Shown in pieces: positions 20,061 to 30,551 of a stretch of DNA of 64,000 bases. Origin of the DNA: an uncultured Trueperaceae bacterium (GTDB lineage Bacteria; Deinococcota; Deinococci; Deinococcales; Trueperaceae). Position 1 is the first letter of the stretch; each line of letters opens with the position of its first letter. The position numbers were made by a program, and so were the translations under genes. The notes beneath the pieces were generated by a model. That model had not been told where the DNA came from. It saw nothing but the letters and a program-made list of their open reading frames with translations, and did not search any database. The DNA is taken from positions 64,001-128,000 of the forward strand of contig CAWCXJ010000007.1 of assembly GCA_963799485.1 (NCBI GenBank), given 5' to 3'.

Positions 20061-21686
20061 ATGAACCGCGACGCTCAGCTCGGGAAACTGCAAGATGAAA
20101 CTTTCGACGTTCTGGTCATCGGCGGCGGCGCGACCGGTGCCGGGATTGCGCTCGAGGCCGCCAGCCGGGGGCTTAAAACCGCGCTGGTCGAACGCGACGA
20201 CTTTTCTGCCGGGAGCAGCAGCCGCTCGACCAAACTCGTTCACGGCGGGGTGCGCTACTTGGAGCAGGCCGTAAAACGGCTCGACCGCACGCAGTTTAAC
20301 CTGGTGCGCGACGCCCTCAAAGAACGCGCCATTTTGCTCAAGATTGCGCCGCACCTGGCGCACCCGCTGCCCATCCTGACGCCCTTATACAGCTGGTTTC
20401 AGATTCCTTACATGATGACCGGCCTCAAAATGTACGACGCCCTCGCGGGCCGCGCCAACCTGAGGAGCAGCCGTTTTGTCGGTCGTGAGGAGGCCCTTAA
20501 ACGCTTTCCGATGCTCAAAAAAGCGGGTTTACGGGGCGCAGTCTTGTATTACGACGGACAGTTCGACGACGCCCGGATGAACGTCTCGCTGGCGCTGACT
20601 GCCGCCGAAGAGGGTGCCGCTGTCGGCAATCACCTCGAGGTCACAGCTCTACTTAAATCCGGCAAACAGCTCAGCGGCGCGTCGGTGCGCGACACCTTGA
20701 CCGGCAAAACTTGGGGCGTCCGGGCCAAAACCGTAATCAACGCGACCGGCCCCTTTGCCGACGCCATTCGCCAGCTCGACGACCCCGGCGCGTCGCCGAT
20801 GCTGACCGCCAGCTCCGGCGTCCATATCGTGCTGGACAAACGCTTTTCGCCCCCCGATACGGGCCTGCTTATCCCCCAAACCGACGACGGACGTGTCCTC
20901 TTTTTGCTGCCGTGGCTCGGGTACACGCTTTTCGGAACCACCGACAACCCTGCCGCCATCGAAGCAAATCCCGAACCCCGCGAAGACGATATCGACTATC
21001 TGCTCTCTTACCTGAAACGCTATTTCAACGTCCCGGCAACTAAAGACGACGTTCTGGCTACCTGGTCGGGGCTCCGCCCGCTCGTTGCCGACCCCGAAGC
21101 GGCGGATACGGCGAAGCTTTCACGCGACCACGTAATTAACACCAGCGACTCGGGACTGATTACGATTGCCGGCGGCAAATGGACGACTTACCGTAAAATG
21201 GCGCGCGATACCGTTGCCGAGGCGCTTAAAGTCGGCAAATTGCAGGCGAGCGCGTCGCGTACCGACAATCTCAAACTCGTCGGGGCCGAGGCATATGACC
21301 CGGACGGTGCTGTCTCGCTCAGACGCCAATATGGTCTCGAGGCGGACGTTGCCGAATACTTAAACCGCGCTTACGGCGACCGGGCCGTCAAAATCGCCGA
21401 ACACGCCGTAAAACACCCCAAACGTTTGGTCGAGGGACATCCGCATCTGGAAGCTGAGGTTATCTACAGCGCCACACAAGAAGGTGCTTGTACTGCCGTG
21501 GATTTCTTGGCACGCCGCACCCGGTTGGCATTTTTAGACCAACAGGCGGCGTTAGCGGCGCTTCCCAAGGTCATTAAGCTGATGAGCGAAACGCTTTCGT
21601 GGGATGAGGCCAGAAAACAGCGGGAGCAGCAGGAAGCTGAAGCTTATCTCGTCAAACCCAAACAAGCGCCGGTCACGGCGGCGTAA
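20061..21686 (+). CDS. glpD: FAD-dependent glycerol-3-phosphate dehydrogenase
   Basis: GGGATG, SSRSTKLVHGGVRYL, YDGQFDDAR, WSGLRPL, GGKWTTYR. Confidence 0.93.
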   Translation: MNRDAQLGKLQDETFDVLVIGGGATGAGIALEAASRGLKTALVERDDFSAGSSSRSTKLVHGGVRYLEQAVKRLDRTQFNLVRDALKERAILLKIAPHLAHPLPILTPLYSWFQIPYMMTGLKMYDALAGRANLRSSRFVGREEALKRFPMLKKAGLRGAVLYYDGQFDDARMNVSLALTAAEEGAAVGNHLEVTALLKSGKQLSGASVRDTLTGKTWGVRAKTVINATGPFADAIRQLDDPGASPMLTASSGVHIVLDKRFSPPDTGLLIPQTDDGRVLFLLPWLGYTLFGTTDNPAAIEANPEPREDDIDYLLSYLKRYFNVPATKDDVLATWSGLRPLVADPEAADTAKLSRDHVINTSDSGLITIAGGKWTTYRKMARDTVAEALKVGKLQASASRTDNLKLVGAEAYDPDGAVSLRRQYGLEADVAEYLNRAYGDRAVKIAEHAVKHPKRLVEGHPHLEAEVIYSATQEGACTAVDFLARRTRLAFLDQQAALAALPKVIKLMSETLSWDEARKQREQQEAEAYLVKPKQAPVTAA

Positions 21687-21693
21687 CATTTAG

Positions 21694-22398
21694 CTAAGCC
21701 GATACACCGAAAAACGAGCCGACGAGCGCGGTGAGCGCCATTGCCACCGCGCCCCACAACGTAACCCGGAGCGCACCCCTGACCACAGACGCGCCGCCTG
21801 CGAAACCTGCCAGACCCCCGAGGAGCAGCAGGGATAGCAGTGTAGCAGCAGCCACCCCCCAAATAGCAAACGCTGCCGGAACGACGAGCGCACTCAGCAG
21901 CGGGATCGCCGCACCCAAGAAAAAGGCACTCGCGGAGGAGAAGGCAGCTTGAATAGGTCTGGCGCGCAGCGTTTCGGTAATTCCCAGCTCGTCGCGGGTA
22001 TGGGCACCAAGCGCGTCATGCGCCGTAAGCTGCTCGGCAACGCGGCGCGCTAGCTGCTCGTCTAGGCCGCGGTCGGTGTAGATTGCGGCAAGCTCTTCGA
22101 GTTCATCCTCAGGGTTTTCCGCGAGTTCTCGGCGTTCGGTCGCAAGGTCGGCCTTTTCGGTATCGACTTGAGACTGTACCGACACATATTCACCCGCTGC
22201 CATCGACATAGCTCCGGCTACCGTAGCGGCAACCCCCGCCAGAAGTATATCCGCCGGGGTTGTACCGCTCGCAGCGGCTACACCGACAACGACGCTAGCT
22301 ACCGAGACAGCACCATCATTCGCCCCGAGAACAGCGGCGCGAAGCCAGCCGATACGTTCAGACTTGTGCCTTTCCTGGTGCGGGTAATTTGCCCTCAT
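21694..22398 (-). CDS. VIT1/CCC1 family Fe/Mn transporter
   Basis: WLRAAVLGANDG, AGAMSMAAGEYVSV. Confidence 0.92.
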   Translation of the reverse strand: MRANYPHQERHKSERIGWLRAAVLGANDGAVSVASVVVGVAAASGTTPADILLAGVAATVAGAMSMAAGEYVSVQSQVDTEKADLATERRELAENPEDELEELAAIYTDRGLDEQLARRVAEQLTAHDALGAHTRDELGITETLRARPIQAAFSSASAFFLGAAIPLLSALVVPAAFAIWGVAAATLLSLLLLGGLAGFAGGASVVRGALRVTLWGAVAMALTALVGSFFGVSA

Positions 22399-22458
22399 TT
22401 TTGGCCTCCCAGCGCCAAGTTTGTCGCAACACAGCCAGATTGGGGAGTAAGGAGACGG

Positions 22459-22686
22459 TTATTTCTCCTGCCACCGCCCCGAATCGTCCTTTTCGTAGGT
22501 CTGCCCGACTGCCGACCACGCCACCCGGTGCGAGGTCTCTTCTCGCGAGGCGTCGCCCCGGCGCTCATCGGGGTCTTTGTATTCGTCCCAGGCGCTGTTG
22601 TAGGCGGCGCGGTAGATTTCCTGTGCGTGTTTGGGCAGGTTGTCCCGCACCGAACCCGGCAAGTCGCTCAAATTTTCGTACGGCAT
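22459..22686 (-). CDS. chaB: ChaB family protein
   Basis: MPY...LP.SVR..LP.HAQEIYRAAYNSAW...HRVAWSAV. Confidence 0.9.
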   Translation of the reverse strand: MPYENLSDLPGSVRDNLPKHAQEIYRAAYNSAWDEYKDPDERRGDASREETSHRVAWSAVGQTYEKDDSGRWQEK

Positions 22687-22698
22687 CTTCAGCCCCCT

Positions 22699-23559
22699 CT
22701 AACCGCCAACGATGTCGCCACCGTTGGGATGCAGTGTTTGACCTGTAAAGAACGACCCGTCGGCGGACGCCAAGAACACGTAGCTCGGCGCAATCTCTTC
22801 GGGTTGGCCGGGCCTGTTGAGCAGGACATTTTCGCCGAAATGCTCGACTTTTTCTTCTGAAAACGTCGAGGGGATCAGCGGCGTCCAGACGGGGCCGGGC
22901 GCGACTGAATTGACGCGAATCTTTTTCTCGGCCAAGTTTTGCGCGAGTGAACGGGTAAAAGCGACGATGGCCCCTTTTGTCGCGGCGTAGTCGAGCAAGC
23001 TGCCGGAACCCCGGAACGCCGTCACTGAACTCGAGTTGATGATCGCGCTGCCCTCAGGCAGGTGTTTGAGCGCCGCTTTGGTCATAAAAAACATTCCGAA
23101 GATGTTCGTACGGAAGGTGCGCTCGAGCTGCTCTGCCGTAATATCCGCAATACTTTTTTGCGGGTGCTGTTCCCCGGCGTTGTTGACCAGTACCTCGAGC
23201 TTGCCGAACTCGGCAACGACTTTTTCGACCGCCTCCCGGCAAAATGCTTCATCGCCCACATCTCCGGAGATCGCAAGGCACCGCTTGCCCTCGTCTTCAA
23301 CCTGCTTTTTGGTCGCCTCGGCGTCCTCGTGTTCGTTGAGGTAGACAATCGCCACGTCCGCGCCTTCACGGGCAAAGTAAACCGCGACCGCCCGCCCGAT
23401 GCCCGAATCACCCCCGGTAATCAGCGCGACCTTGCCACCTAGCTTGCCGCTCCCTTTGTATTCGGGGCTTTCGAACGCGGGCGCGGGCGTCATCTCAGCC
23501 TCGAGCCCCGGTTGCCGGTCTTGCTGCTGCGGTGGTACGTTTTTAGGTTTATCGGTCAT
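22699..23559 (-). CDS. Stress-type SDR oxidoreductase (YhdF/YghA-like)
   Basis: QPG.EAEM.P, YKGSGKL, TGGDSGIG, DYAATKGAI, APGPVWTPL. Confidence 0.9.
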   Translation of the reverse strand: MTDKPKNVPPQQQDRQPGLEAEMTPAPAFESPEYKGSGKLGGKVALITGGDSGIGRAVAVYFAREGADVAIVYLNEHEDAEATKKQVEDEGKRCLAISGDVGDEAFCREAVEKVVAEFGKLEVLVNNAGEQHPQKSIADITAEQLERTFRTNIFGMFFMTKAALKHLPEGSAIINSSSVTAFRGSGSLLDYAATKGAIVAFTRSLAQNLAEKKIRVNSVAPGPVWTPLIPSTFSEEKVEHFGENVLLNRPGQPEEIAPSYVFLASADGSFFTGQTLHPNGGDIVGG

Positions 23560-23591
23560 CGTCTCCCCCTTTGAGCTTTCGCCAAGACCGA

Positions 23592-24446
23592 TTATTTTTG
23601 AGAAGCCGTCTCCAGACTGTTCTCTACCTCCGGTTGCGAGCCACCCTCCGGCCTAATATCTTCTGTGACGGGCTTGTCCCGTAAAACGCCGCGTAAGAGA
23701 ACAGCGTAGCCGACGACGCCGATAAGCGCAAACGAAAACCACTGAAACGCATACGAGAGGTGCGGGCCACGCGTAATTTCGGGCGGTGCCGGCGGGACGG
23801 GCAGCTGAGTTGTCTGGGCGGGAGTTTGGGTCGCGAGTTCTAAAAAGACCGGCTCGAGCGTATACGGCCGACCTACGCTAATACGCGCCGGGTCGACGAA
23901 AAATACTGCGTCGAGTTTTCCCTCTGCCGGGTCTTGCTGCACCAACCCGAGCCGGTCTAGAAATCCGCCCCCTACGGGCCCCGGCTGAGCGGGTTGCAAA
24001 ATACCGGTGACCTGAACCGGGCCGTCCGGCGGCGTAGCCTCCGCTATCGGCGGCTCGTCGAGGGCAAAGGGTACCCAACCCCGGTCGACGAGGAGCGCGC
24101 GCCCACCACCCAAACGCAGCGGCGTCAGGACGTGATATCCCGGACTCCCGTCTAGGGCGCGCGAACGAAGCAAAAGTTCGTTGGCAGGGTCAAAACGGCC
24201 CGTTACCTGCACGCGGCGGTACGTGACCGAGTTTTCCGCACGTTCGGGCGCTGTAGGAGAATACTGCTTGATGAGTTTGCCGAAGGGTTGCGGGTCGGCG
24301 CTGAGGCGCGACTCGAGCAGCACGTTATACGCTTCACGCTGAGCCGCACGGCGGAGCTGCCAAAGTCCGAAGTTCACAAATAAAACGATCAAACTGAGCG
24401 CTAAAAGGTGCCCGAACAGCCAGCGTGGGGTTAACAGCTTTTTCAT
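23592..24446 (-). CDS. SURF1 family cytochrome oxidase assembly protein
   Basis: FGLWQLRR, GYHVLTPL, VDRGWVP, HLSYAFQWF. Confidence 0.92.
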   Translation of the reverse strand: MKKLLTPRWLFGHLLALSLIVLFVNFGLWQLRRAAQREAYNVLLESRLSADPQPFGKLIKQYSPTAPERAENSVTYRRVQVTGRFDPANELLLRSRALDGSPGYHVLTPLRLGGGRALLVDRGWVPFALDEPPIAEATPPDGPVQVTGILQPAQPGPVGGGFLDRLGLVQQDPAEGKLDAVFFVDPARISVGRPYTLEPVFLELATQTPAQTTQLPVPPAPPEITRGPHLSYAFQWFSFALIGVVGYAVLLRGVLRDKPVTEDIRPEGGSQPEVENSLETASQK

Positions 24447-24518
24447 GGTCTTCTCTCAGGCGAAGAGGGCCGCACGTTTATTGCGACCCTCGCGAGCGAA
24501 TGCGTCAAACCGTAACGC

Positions 24519-27164
24519 TCAGTTGGTGCTTTCTTGCGGGCTGTCGGGAGGGATCGTGTTACCGGCACCCGGCCCCGGTAGCTCTTGGGGTAGCTCGGCG
24601 GGCGCCGCTTCGGTTGCAGGGGGAACAGCAGGCGTTGTGGACTGAGGCAACGTGGAAATCGGGGGATTTTCGCCGCCCTCGCCCGTAATCGTGTCTTGCT
24701 GATATACCCCGAACGGGTCGCCGACGTTACGCACCTGATCCGGCCCCTGGTAAAAGATCGGCAACACGTAGACGATCAGCAAGACGAAAATCCACACGCC
24801 GTCGACCAGGTGCCAGTACGCGACGGGAACCTCGAGCCCGTTTTGCAGCTTCGGCGTAAACTTGCGCTGCCGTCCGCGAACGAACGCAACACCCAGCATC
24901 GTCAGCCCTGCGACGACGTGCAGCATGTGTAGACCGGTGATGGTAAAGAAAGCCGAGAGGTAGAGGTTTTCGCGTGGGTCGGCGGACGCTAGGATTTCGC
25001 TCCACTCGAATCCGGTAATCCCTAAAAAGATGGCCCCGAACGCCATTGTAGCTGCCATCAGACCTAGAAAGGTGCGGCGCTTGCCGTGGTTGAAGTCGTG
25101 GTGCGCGACGTGTACGGTCAGCGAACTCGAGACCAAGAAGAGCGTGTTTAAGAGCGCCAGCCGCACACTCGGCAGCTCTTCGGGAAACAGCATCCGCCCG
25201 TTTAGAAGCAGGTAGAAGTACGCCGAAAAGACCATCAAGAAGAGCGCGACTTCAGAACCCAAAAACCAGTAGGCGAACATCATGCCGTTAGAGGTCTTGG
25301 TGCGGTTGTGGTGCGCGACCTCTAACTCGATTTCCGGGCTGTCGAAGGCGGGTTCGTTGGCCCACATGATAAAGGCGAAAAGCGCTACCGCGATACCAGC
25401 GACCCACAGCGGCCCCTGCATGACTATCCCGACCAAAAAGAGGAACAGTCCGCCCGAAGCGACAAGCGGCCAGATGCTCGGATTCGGCAGGTGAATGTCG
25501 GATTCACGCAGGGTTGCTGCGTCGCCTACAGGCCAGAGGCCGAGCTTTTTCCAGTCGTAAAGCGGACGCTCGCTGCGGAAATCGGTCGGGAGCGTCACGC
25601 CGAAGTTGTACGCGGGCGGGGGGCTTGCTGTCGCCCACTCGAGGCTGTAGCCGTAACCCCAGGGGTTCGGCCCCGCCTCTTTGGGTTTGCGGAGGCTGAT
25701 AACCACGTTGTAGATAAAGAGCAAAAAGCCGAACGCCAGCATGAGCGAACCAGCCGACGAGATCGCGTTCCAGACCCCCCAGCCGAGGCCGTCAGCGTAG
25801 GTGTAGATGCGGCGCGGCATCCCCAGAAGCCCGAGGACGTACTGCGGAAAGTACGTCACCATAAAACCCACAAACCAGAGTCCAAAAAGCCATTTGCCTA
25901 AACGCTCGTCCAGGAACCGACCCGTCATTTTGGGAAACCAGTAGAACGTCCCCGCCATGACGATAAAAATCGAGCCACCGATCAAGATGTTATGAAAGTG
26001 TGCGACGACCCAGTAGGTGTCTTGCATCTGCCAGGTGAAGGGCACGATGGCGAGCGCCACGCCGGTAATCCCGCCGATGGTAAAGAGAAAGATAAAGCCT
26101 AAACACATCAGCATCGCGGTATTGAAGACGATCTTGCCTTTCCAGATAGTTGCCAGCCAGTTAAAAATCTTGACGCCTGTCGGGACGGCGACCAGCATCG
26201 TGGTAAACGCAAAAACCGAGTTGAGGATCGGGCTGCCCATCGAGGTGAACATGTGGTGCGCCCACACCAGAAAGCTGACGAGCGCAATCCCCATTGTCGC
26301 CCCGGCAAGCGCCGTATAGCCAAAAATCGGTTTACGGGTGAATGTCGGCAACATCTCCGAAACAATCCCAAACCAGGGCAGCACCATGATATAGACCGCC
26401 GGGTGCGAATAAAACCAGAACAGGTGCTGATACAACACCGGGTCGCCGCCGATCGCCGGATTGTAGAGGCTGATTCCGGTCGTGCGGTCTAACAAGGTGA
26501 TTACGGTTGCAGCGGTGATACCGGGCGTCGCCAGAACCTGCAAAAACGAGGTTGCCATAATCGCCCAGCCGAACATCGGCAGTTGCCGCCAACCCATTCC
26601 CGGTGCCCGCAGGTTGACCATCGTTACAATCAGGTTGATGCCGCCGAAAATCGACGCGAAGCCGACGAGCTGTAACCCTAAAATCCACGTATCGACGCCG
26701 GCGCTCGGTTGATACTGCGACGAGGCAAAGGGGAAGTACGCGACCCAGCCACCTTCGGCCCAACCGCCGAACAGCGGAGCCATGTAGAGCAAAATCCCGC
26801 CGAAGAGATAGAGCCAGTAGGCAAACGCGTTCATCCGTGGCAGCGCCATATCACGCGCCCCGATCATTAGCGGAATAAAGTAATTTGCAAACCCCGCTGC
26901 AATCGGAATGATAAATAGAAACTGCATCGTGGTACCGTGCGCGGTTAAAATCTGGTTGTAAAAACTCCCGACCAGTACGTCCATGTTGGGTCGCGAGAGC
27001 TGCAGGCGGATCAGCAGCGCTTCGATACCGCCGACGCCGAAGAAGAAAAAGCTGGTAACGAGGTACATGATGCCGATCTTTTTGTGATCGACGGTGGTCA
27101 AGAGGTCGAGCCAGAGCGGTTTGCGTCTGACGTCTTGTTTGGGGGTTCCGACAGCAATACTCAT
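24519..27164 (-). CDS. Cytochrome c oxidase (caa3-type) fused subunit I+III
   Basis: DHKKIG, HGTTM, LFWFYSHPAVY, WAHHM, VAHFH, GMPRR, then subunit III FLGSE..TGLHMLH..YWHLVD. Confidence 0.93.
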   Translation of the reverse strand: MSIAVGTPKQDVRRKPLWLDLLTTVDHKKIGIMYLVTSFFFFGVGGIEALLIRLQLSRPNMDVLVGSFYNQILTAHGTTMQFLFIIPIAAGFANYFIPLMIGARDMALPRMNAFAYWLYLFGGILLYMAPLFGGWAEGGWVAYFPFASSQYQPSAGVDTWILGLQLVGFASIFGGINLIVTMVNLRAPGMGWRQLPMFGWAIMATSFLQVLATPGITAATVITLLDRTTGISLYNPAIGGDPVLYQHLFWFYSHPAVYIMVLPWFGIVSEMLPTFTRKPIFGYTALAGATMGIALVSFLVWAHHMFTSMGSPILNSVFAFTTMLVAVPTGVKIFNWLATIWKGKIVFNTAMLMCLGFIFLFTIGGITGVALAIVPFTWQMQDTYWVVAHFHNILIGGSIFIVMAGTFYWFPKMTGRFLDERLGKWLFGLWFVGFMVTYFPQYVLGLLGMPRRIYTYADGLGWGVWNAISSAGSLMLAFGFLLFIYNVVISLRKPKEAGPNPWGYGYSLEWATASPPPAYNFGVTLPTDFRSERPLYDWKKLGLWPVGDAATLRESDIHLPNPSIWPLVASGGLFLFLVGIVMQGPLWVAGIAVALFAFIMWANEPAFDSPEIELEVAHHNRTKTSNGMMFAYWFLGSEVALFLMVFSAYFYLLLNGRMLFPEELPSVRLALLNTLFLVSSSLTVHVAHHDFNHGKRRTFLGLMAATMAFGAIFLGITGFEWSEILASADPRENLYLSAFFTITGLHMLHVVAGLTMLGVAFVRGRQRKFTPKLQNGLEVPVAYWHLVDGVWIFVLLIVYVLPIFYQGPDQVRNVGDPFGVYQQDTITGEGGENPPISTLPQSTTPAVPPATEAAPAELPQELPGPGAGNTIPPDSPQESTN

Positions 27165-28315
27165 TGGGCGTTCTCCAGGCTGGTGAGGTTGTTGGATACG
27201 GGTAACGACGGGGTCTTGGCTTCAGGGGTAGGCGTTTTAGTGTCAGCTTGGGCAGGCTCAGCGCCGCCAATCGCCTGCTTCATATCAAAGCCCGGCAGGG
27301 TCAACGATTCCAGATAGGCCGTAAGCTGCACAGCTTCTTCTTGACTTAAACCCAGGTTAGGCATCGCCACGCCCGGTTTTATGGTATCGGTATAACGAAG
27401 CCAGCGGATCATGTTTTCCGGTGTGTTGGCGAGGAGACCCGCAGCGATACTCGTGCGCGAGCCGATAAACGAAAGGTTGGGGCCGGTGCGGTTGTAGGTG
27501 TTCACACCGTTGACCGCGTGGCAGTTGACGCAGCCTTTAGAAATAAAAAGTTGCGACCCGGCGACGGCAGCTTCAGCTTGAGGAGGGGCGGCGGCTTTTT
27601 GCGCGGCGGCCTGCCACTTTTGATAATTTTCCGGTGACAAGGCGACCAGCCGAAGCCGCATATTGGCGTGCGAGTCGCCGCAAATTTCGGCGCATTGACC
27701 GTAAAAGACGCCTTCGCGGTCGGGAGTAAACCAGAGCGTGCGCTGATTGCCGGGTATCAGGTCGGTTTTACCGGCAACTTGCGGTATCCAAAACGAGTGC
27801 ATCGTGTCGCCCGAGGCGAGATTGAGCTTGACGGCGGTGCCGACCGGCGCGACGAGCTCATTGGCGGTGATCACGCCCGAATCGACGTAGGCCATCTCCC
27901 ACCAGAACTGCCGACCGATGACGTTGACTTCAATCGCATCATCAGGGGCGGCGAAGCCGTCGAGCTGGTAGATGGCGGCCAACGTCGGGACGAGCAAAAT
28001 TGCTAAAATGATCAGCGGGATCACCGTCCAGGCGACCTCGAGCTTTAAGTTCCCGTGCGTTTGCGGCGGTTCCTCGTCGTGATTGCGGTCACGGATGCCG
28101 CCGACGATGCCCGCGACCATAAAGGCGACAACTACCGCCATCACGAAGATACTAAAACCCATGACCAGCCAGAAGAGCCGGGAGATTTCCAGCGCGTTCG
28201 GCGAAGCTGTATCTAAAATGCTCGGCGTCGGAATGTTCGGCCCGATGCCGGACACGCCCGTGGCGAGCGCCGTGCCGGAAAGTAGCGGGATAAGTAGGGG
28301 TAAAAACCGCTTCAT
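27161..28315 (-). CDS. coxB: Cytochrome c oxidase subunit II with fused cytochrome c
   Basis: QFWW, HSFW, CuA motif CAEICGDSHANM, heme motif CVNCH. Confidence 0.93.
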   Translation of the reverse strand: MKRFLPLLIPLLSGTALATGVSGIGPNIPTPSILDTASPNALEISRLFWLVMGFSIFVMAVVVAFMVAGIVGGIRDRNHDEEPPQTHGNLKLEVAWTVIPLIILAILLVPTLAAIYQLDGFAAPDDAIEVNVIGRQFWWEMAYVDSGVITANELVAPVGTAVKLNLASGDTMHSFWIPQVAGKTDLIPGNQRTLWFTPDREGVFYGQCAEICGDSHANMRLRLVALSPENYQKWQAAAQKAAAPPQAEAAVAGSQLFISKGCVNCHAVNGVNTYNRTGPNLSFIGSRTSIAAGLLANTPENMIRWLRYTDTIKPGVAMPNLGLSQEEAVQLTAYLESLTLPGFDMKQAIGGAEPAQADTKTPTPEAKTPSLPVSNNLTSLENAQ

Positions 28316-28323
28316 AGCTTCTC

Positions 28324-29289
28324 CTAGATAAGGGCGCGCTCGAGCGCCATCGCTAAAAATAACAGGGCCAGGTACGACATCGAATACTTGTAAAGGCTTA
28401 GCGCCGTAGGCCGGTCGATAGCTTCGTTACGTTGCACCTTGACAAACAGCCTGGCAACCCGGACGAGCAGCACCACGTTAAGGAGCAGCGCCGCGACGAA
28501 GTAACCGAGGCCGAACTCGTGCGAAAAGAAAGGGATCACCGTCAGCACAACCGTCAGCACGGCGTACATCACCATCTGCAAGACCGTCGCCCGCTCACCG
28601 ATCACCGACGGAGCCATCGGCACCCCGACGGCGGTATAGTCGTCTTTAATCATCAGCGCCAGCGCCCAGAAGTGAACCGGCGTCCAGAAAAACACCAGCG
28701 CGAACAAAAACCATGCCAACAGGCTCAAGTCGCCGGTGACAGCGGCCCAACCCACGAGCGGCGGAACCGCGCCCGCTGCGCCGCCGATGACGATATTTTG
28801 CCAGGTACTGCGTTTAAGCCACATCGTATAGATGATGACGTAAAAAGCGATTCCCGCCCAGGAGAGCAGCGCCGCCAGCACGTTCGAGGTTAGGGCAATC
28901 ACCAGAAATGACCCGAGGGTCAAGGTGACGCCGAAGAGAAGTGCGTCACGGCTCGAGATCACCGTCGTCACGGTTGGGCGCTGCGCGGTGCGTTTCATCC
29001 GCACGTCGATATCGCGGTCGTAAACCATGTTAAAGACGCCCGCTGCCCCTGCCGACATATAACCGCCTACGAGGATACCTAAAAGCGCCACCCAACCGGG
29101 AAGCCCACGGGCAGCGATAAACATCGCGCCGACGGTGGTCAAAAGCAGCAGGCTGATGACTTTGGGTTTGGTCAGGGTCACATAGTCGCGCCACGACGCC
29201 TTAGGCACTACTGCAGCGGGTACTGCCACATCAGGTACTACGGCAGCGGGTATCACTGCATCGGGTATTACAGCATTCTCGACAGTCAC
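28324..29289 (-). CDS. ctaB: Protoheme IX farnesyltransferase (heme O synthase)
   Basis: LTKPKV, DRDID.RM.RT..RP, NIVIGG.AGA.PPL, WTPVHFWALA; GTG 29289 overlaps the ctaA stop. Confidence 0.93.
   Translation of the reverse strand: MTVENAVIPDAVIPAAVVPDVAVPAAVVPKASWRDYVTLTKPKVISLLLLTTVGAMFIAARGLPGWVALLGILVGGYMSAGAAGVFNMVYDRDIDVRMKRTAQRPTVTTVISSRDALLFGVTLTLGSFLVIALTSNVLAALLSWAGIAFYVIIYTMWLKRSTWQNIVIGGAAGAVPPLVGWAAVTGDLSLLAWFLFALVFFWTPVHFWALALMIKDDYTAVGVPMAPSVIGERATVLQMVMYAVLTVVLTVIPFFSHEFGLGYFVAALLLNVVLLVRVARLFVKVQRNEAIDRPTALSLYKYSMSYLALLFLAMALERALI
29204..29278. repeat. 5 x 15-bp imperfect tandem repeat encoding xAVIP-type units at the CtaB N-terminus
   Basis: ggcactactgcagcg / ggtactgccacatca / ggtactacggcagcg / ggtatcactgcatcg / ggtattacagcattc. 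Confidence 0.75.
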
Positions 29290-30257
29290 GTCCTCATCCC
29301 TTCGCGCCAAGCCGGCGCAGGTCTAACTGTAGCTGCGCGCGGCGAGCCGAGTGTATAAGCCGTCAACGCCGAAAGCAACCCGAACGCCAGCACTGCCAAA
29401 AGCAGGTGCAGCAGCTGCAAGCCGACCGGCCCCAAAAATGCCAGATTGAGCGTCCCGACCAGCAGCTGCAACAGGTAAACCCCAAACAAAACTCGGGCGA
29501 TATGACGTGCTTGCAGCACCGGTTTGAGCCACCAGCTGAGCCCCAGACTGAGAAACAGGTAGAGCCCGACTGAAATGGCAATCAGCGGGTGCAAGACGCG
29601 CAGGCGGATGAGCAGGTGCGAAGCCGGGTCAAAGTCGGCGCGGAGTCCCGCAGCAAGGCTTTCCGACGGAAAGATGGTATTGCCCATCGCGGCGATACCA
29701 CCGGTAAAAATCAGCAGGAGCATCCCGATGAGACCAATAGAAAGCGTGACTCCGATGAGGCTCTGACCGCGTAGTTTCGGCGCGCCCGGTGCGCCCGGTC
29801 GCGCGTAGACAAGCGTCAGGGTCAGCGCGCCAATTAAAAGCATCGAATTGACCAAATGTGTTGCAACGATAAGGCCGCGACCGAGCGTCGCATTCTCGCC
29901 GGTTAGACCGAGCAAGACCGTCGCCGCACCCAAGAGTGCCTCGAGGATCAAAAATACGAATGAAGCCGTTGCCGCGCCGAAGAGCGCCGGGCTCGTCCGG
30001 CGCGTGCGGTAAGCGCGGCTCAGGAGCCAGCCCCCCAACACGAGCGCCCCGAGCGAGAGCAGCCGGTGCGAATACTCGATAAGCGTTTCTGTCGTCGGGG
30101 CGAGTGGCACCACCGCGCCGTTACAAAGCGGCCAGTTACTGCCGCACCCCGCGCCCGAACCCGTCACGCGCACCACCGCACCTTGCAAAATAATCAGTAG
30201 GTTGACCGTGAGCGTCAGCCAGGCGAGCTTGACCGTTGAGAATTTTAAGCTTGACAC
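29286..30257 (-). CDS. ctaA: Heme A synthase (COX15/CtaA family)
   Basis: GAVVRVTGSGAGCGSNWPLCNG, IEYSHR, conserved His residues. Confidence 0.9.
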   Translation of the reverse strand: MSSLKFSTVKLAWLTLTVNLLIILQGAVVRVTGSGAGCGSNWPLCNGAVVPLAPTTETLIEYSHRLLSLGALVLGGWLLSRAYRTRRTSPALFGAATASFVFLILEALLGAATVLLGLTGENATLGRGLIVATHLVNSMLLIGALTLTLVYARPGAPGAPKLRGQSLIGVTLSIGLIGMLLLIFTGGIAAMGNTIFPSESLAAGLRADFDPASHLLIRLRVLHPLIAISVGLYLFLSLGLSWWLKPVLQARHIARVLFGVYLLQLLVGTLNLAFLGPVGLQLLHLLLAVLAFGLLSALTAYTLGSPRAATVRPAPAWREGMRT

Positions 30258-30551
30258 ACACCGCCTCCTCTAATTCGCGTCATAACCGCTACACGTATAG
30301 ACTCCAAGTATATAGTCGCACCTTATCAAACTCGGTGGACAAACGTCCCACAAGCCCCGGCGTCCCAAGCCTCGGACGCGCTCAGCGTACCACTCACAGC
30401 GGTCTCACAACCGTGCTACGCAGTCTCTATCAAGCCCTCGAGACTTCGCCGGCTGCACCGACTGTCTTTTACAGGCCGAGCAGGGCGCAACCAGCACCCG
30501 CGCTTGTCCTGTAGGTGACTGTGTATACTAGGCCCAAACAGGAGGCCAGGT

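Noticed and set aside
24519..27164. Subunit I/III fusion as a novelty
   Set aside because: Known architecture of Thermus-type caa3 oxidases.
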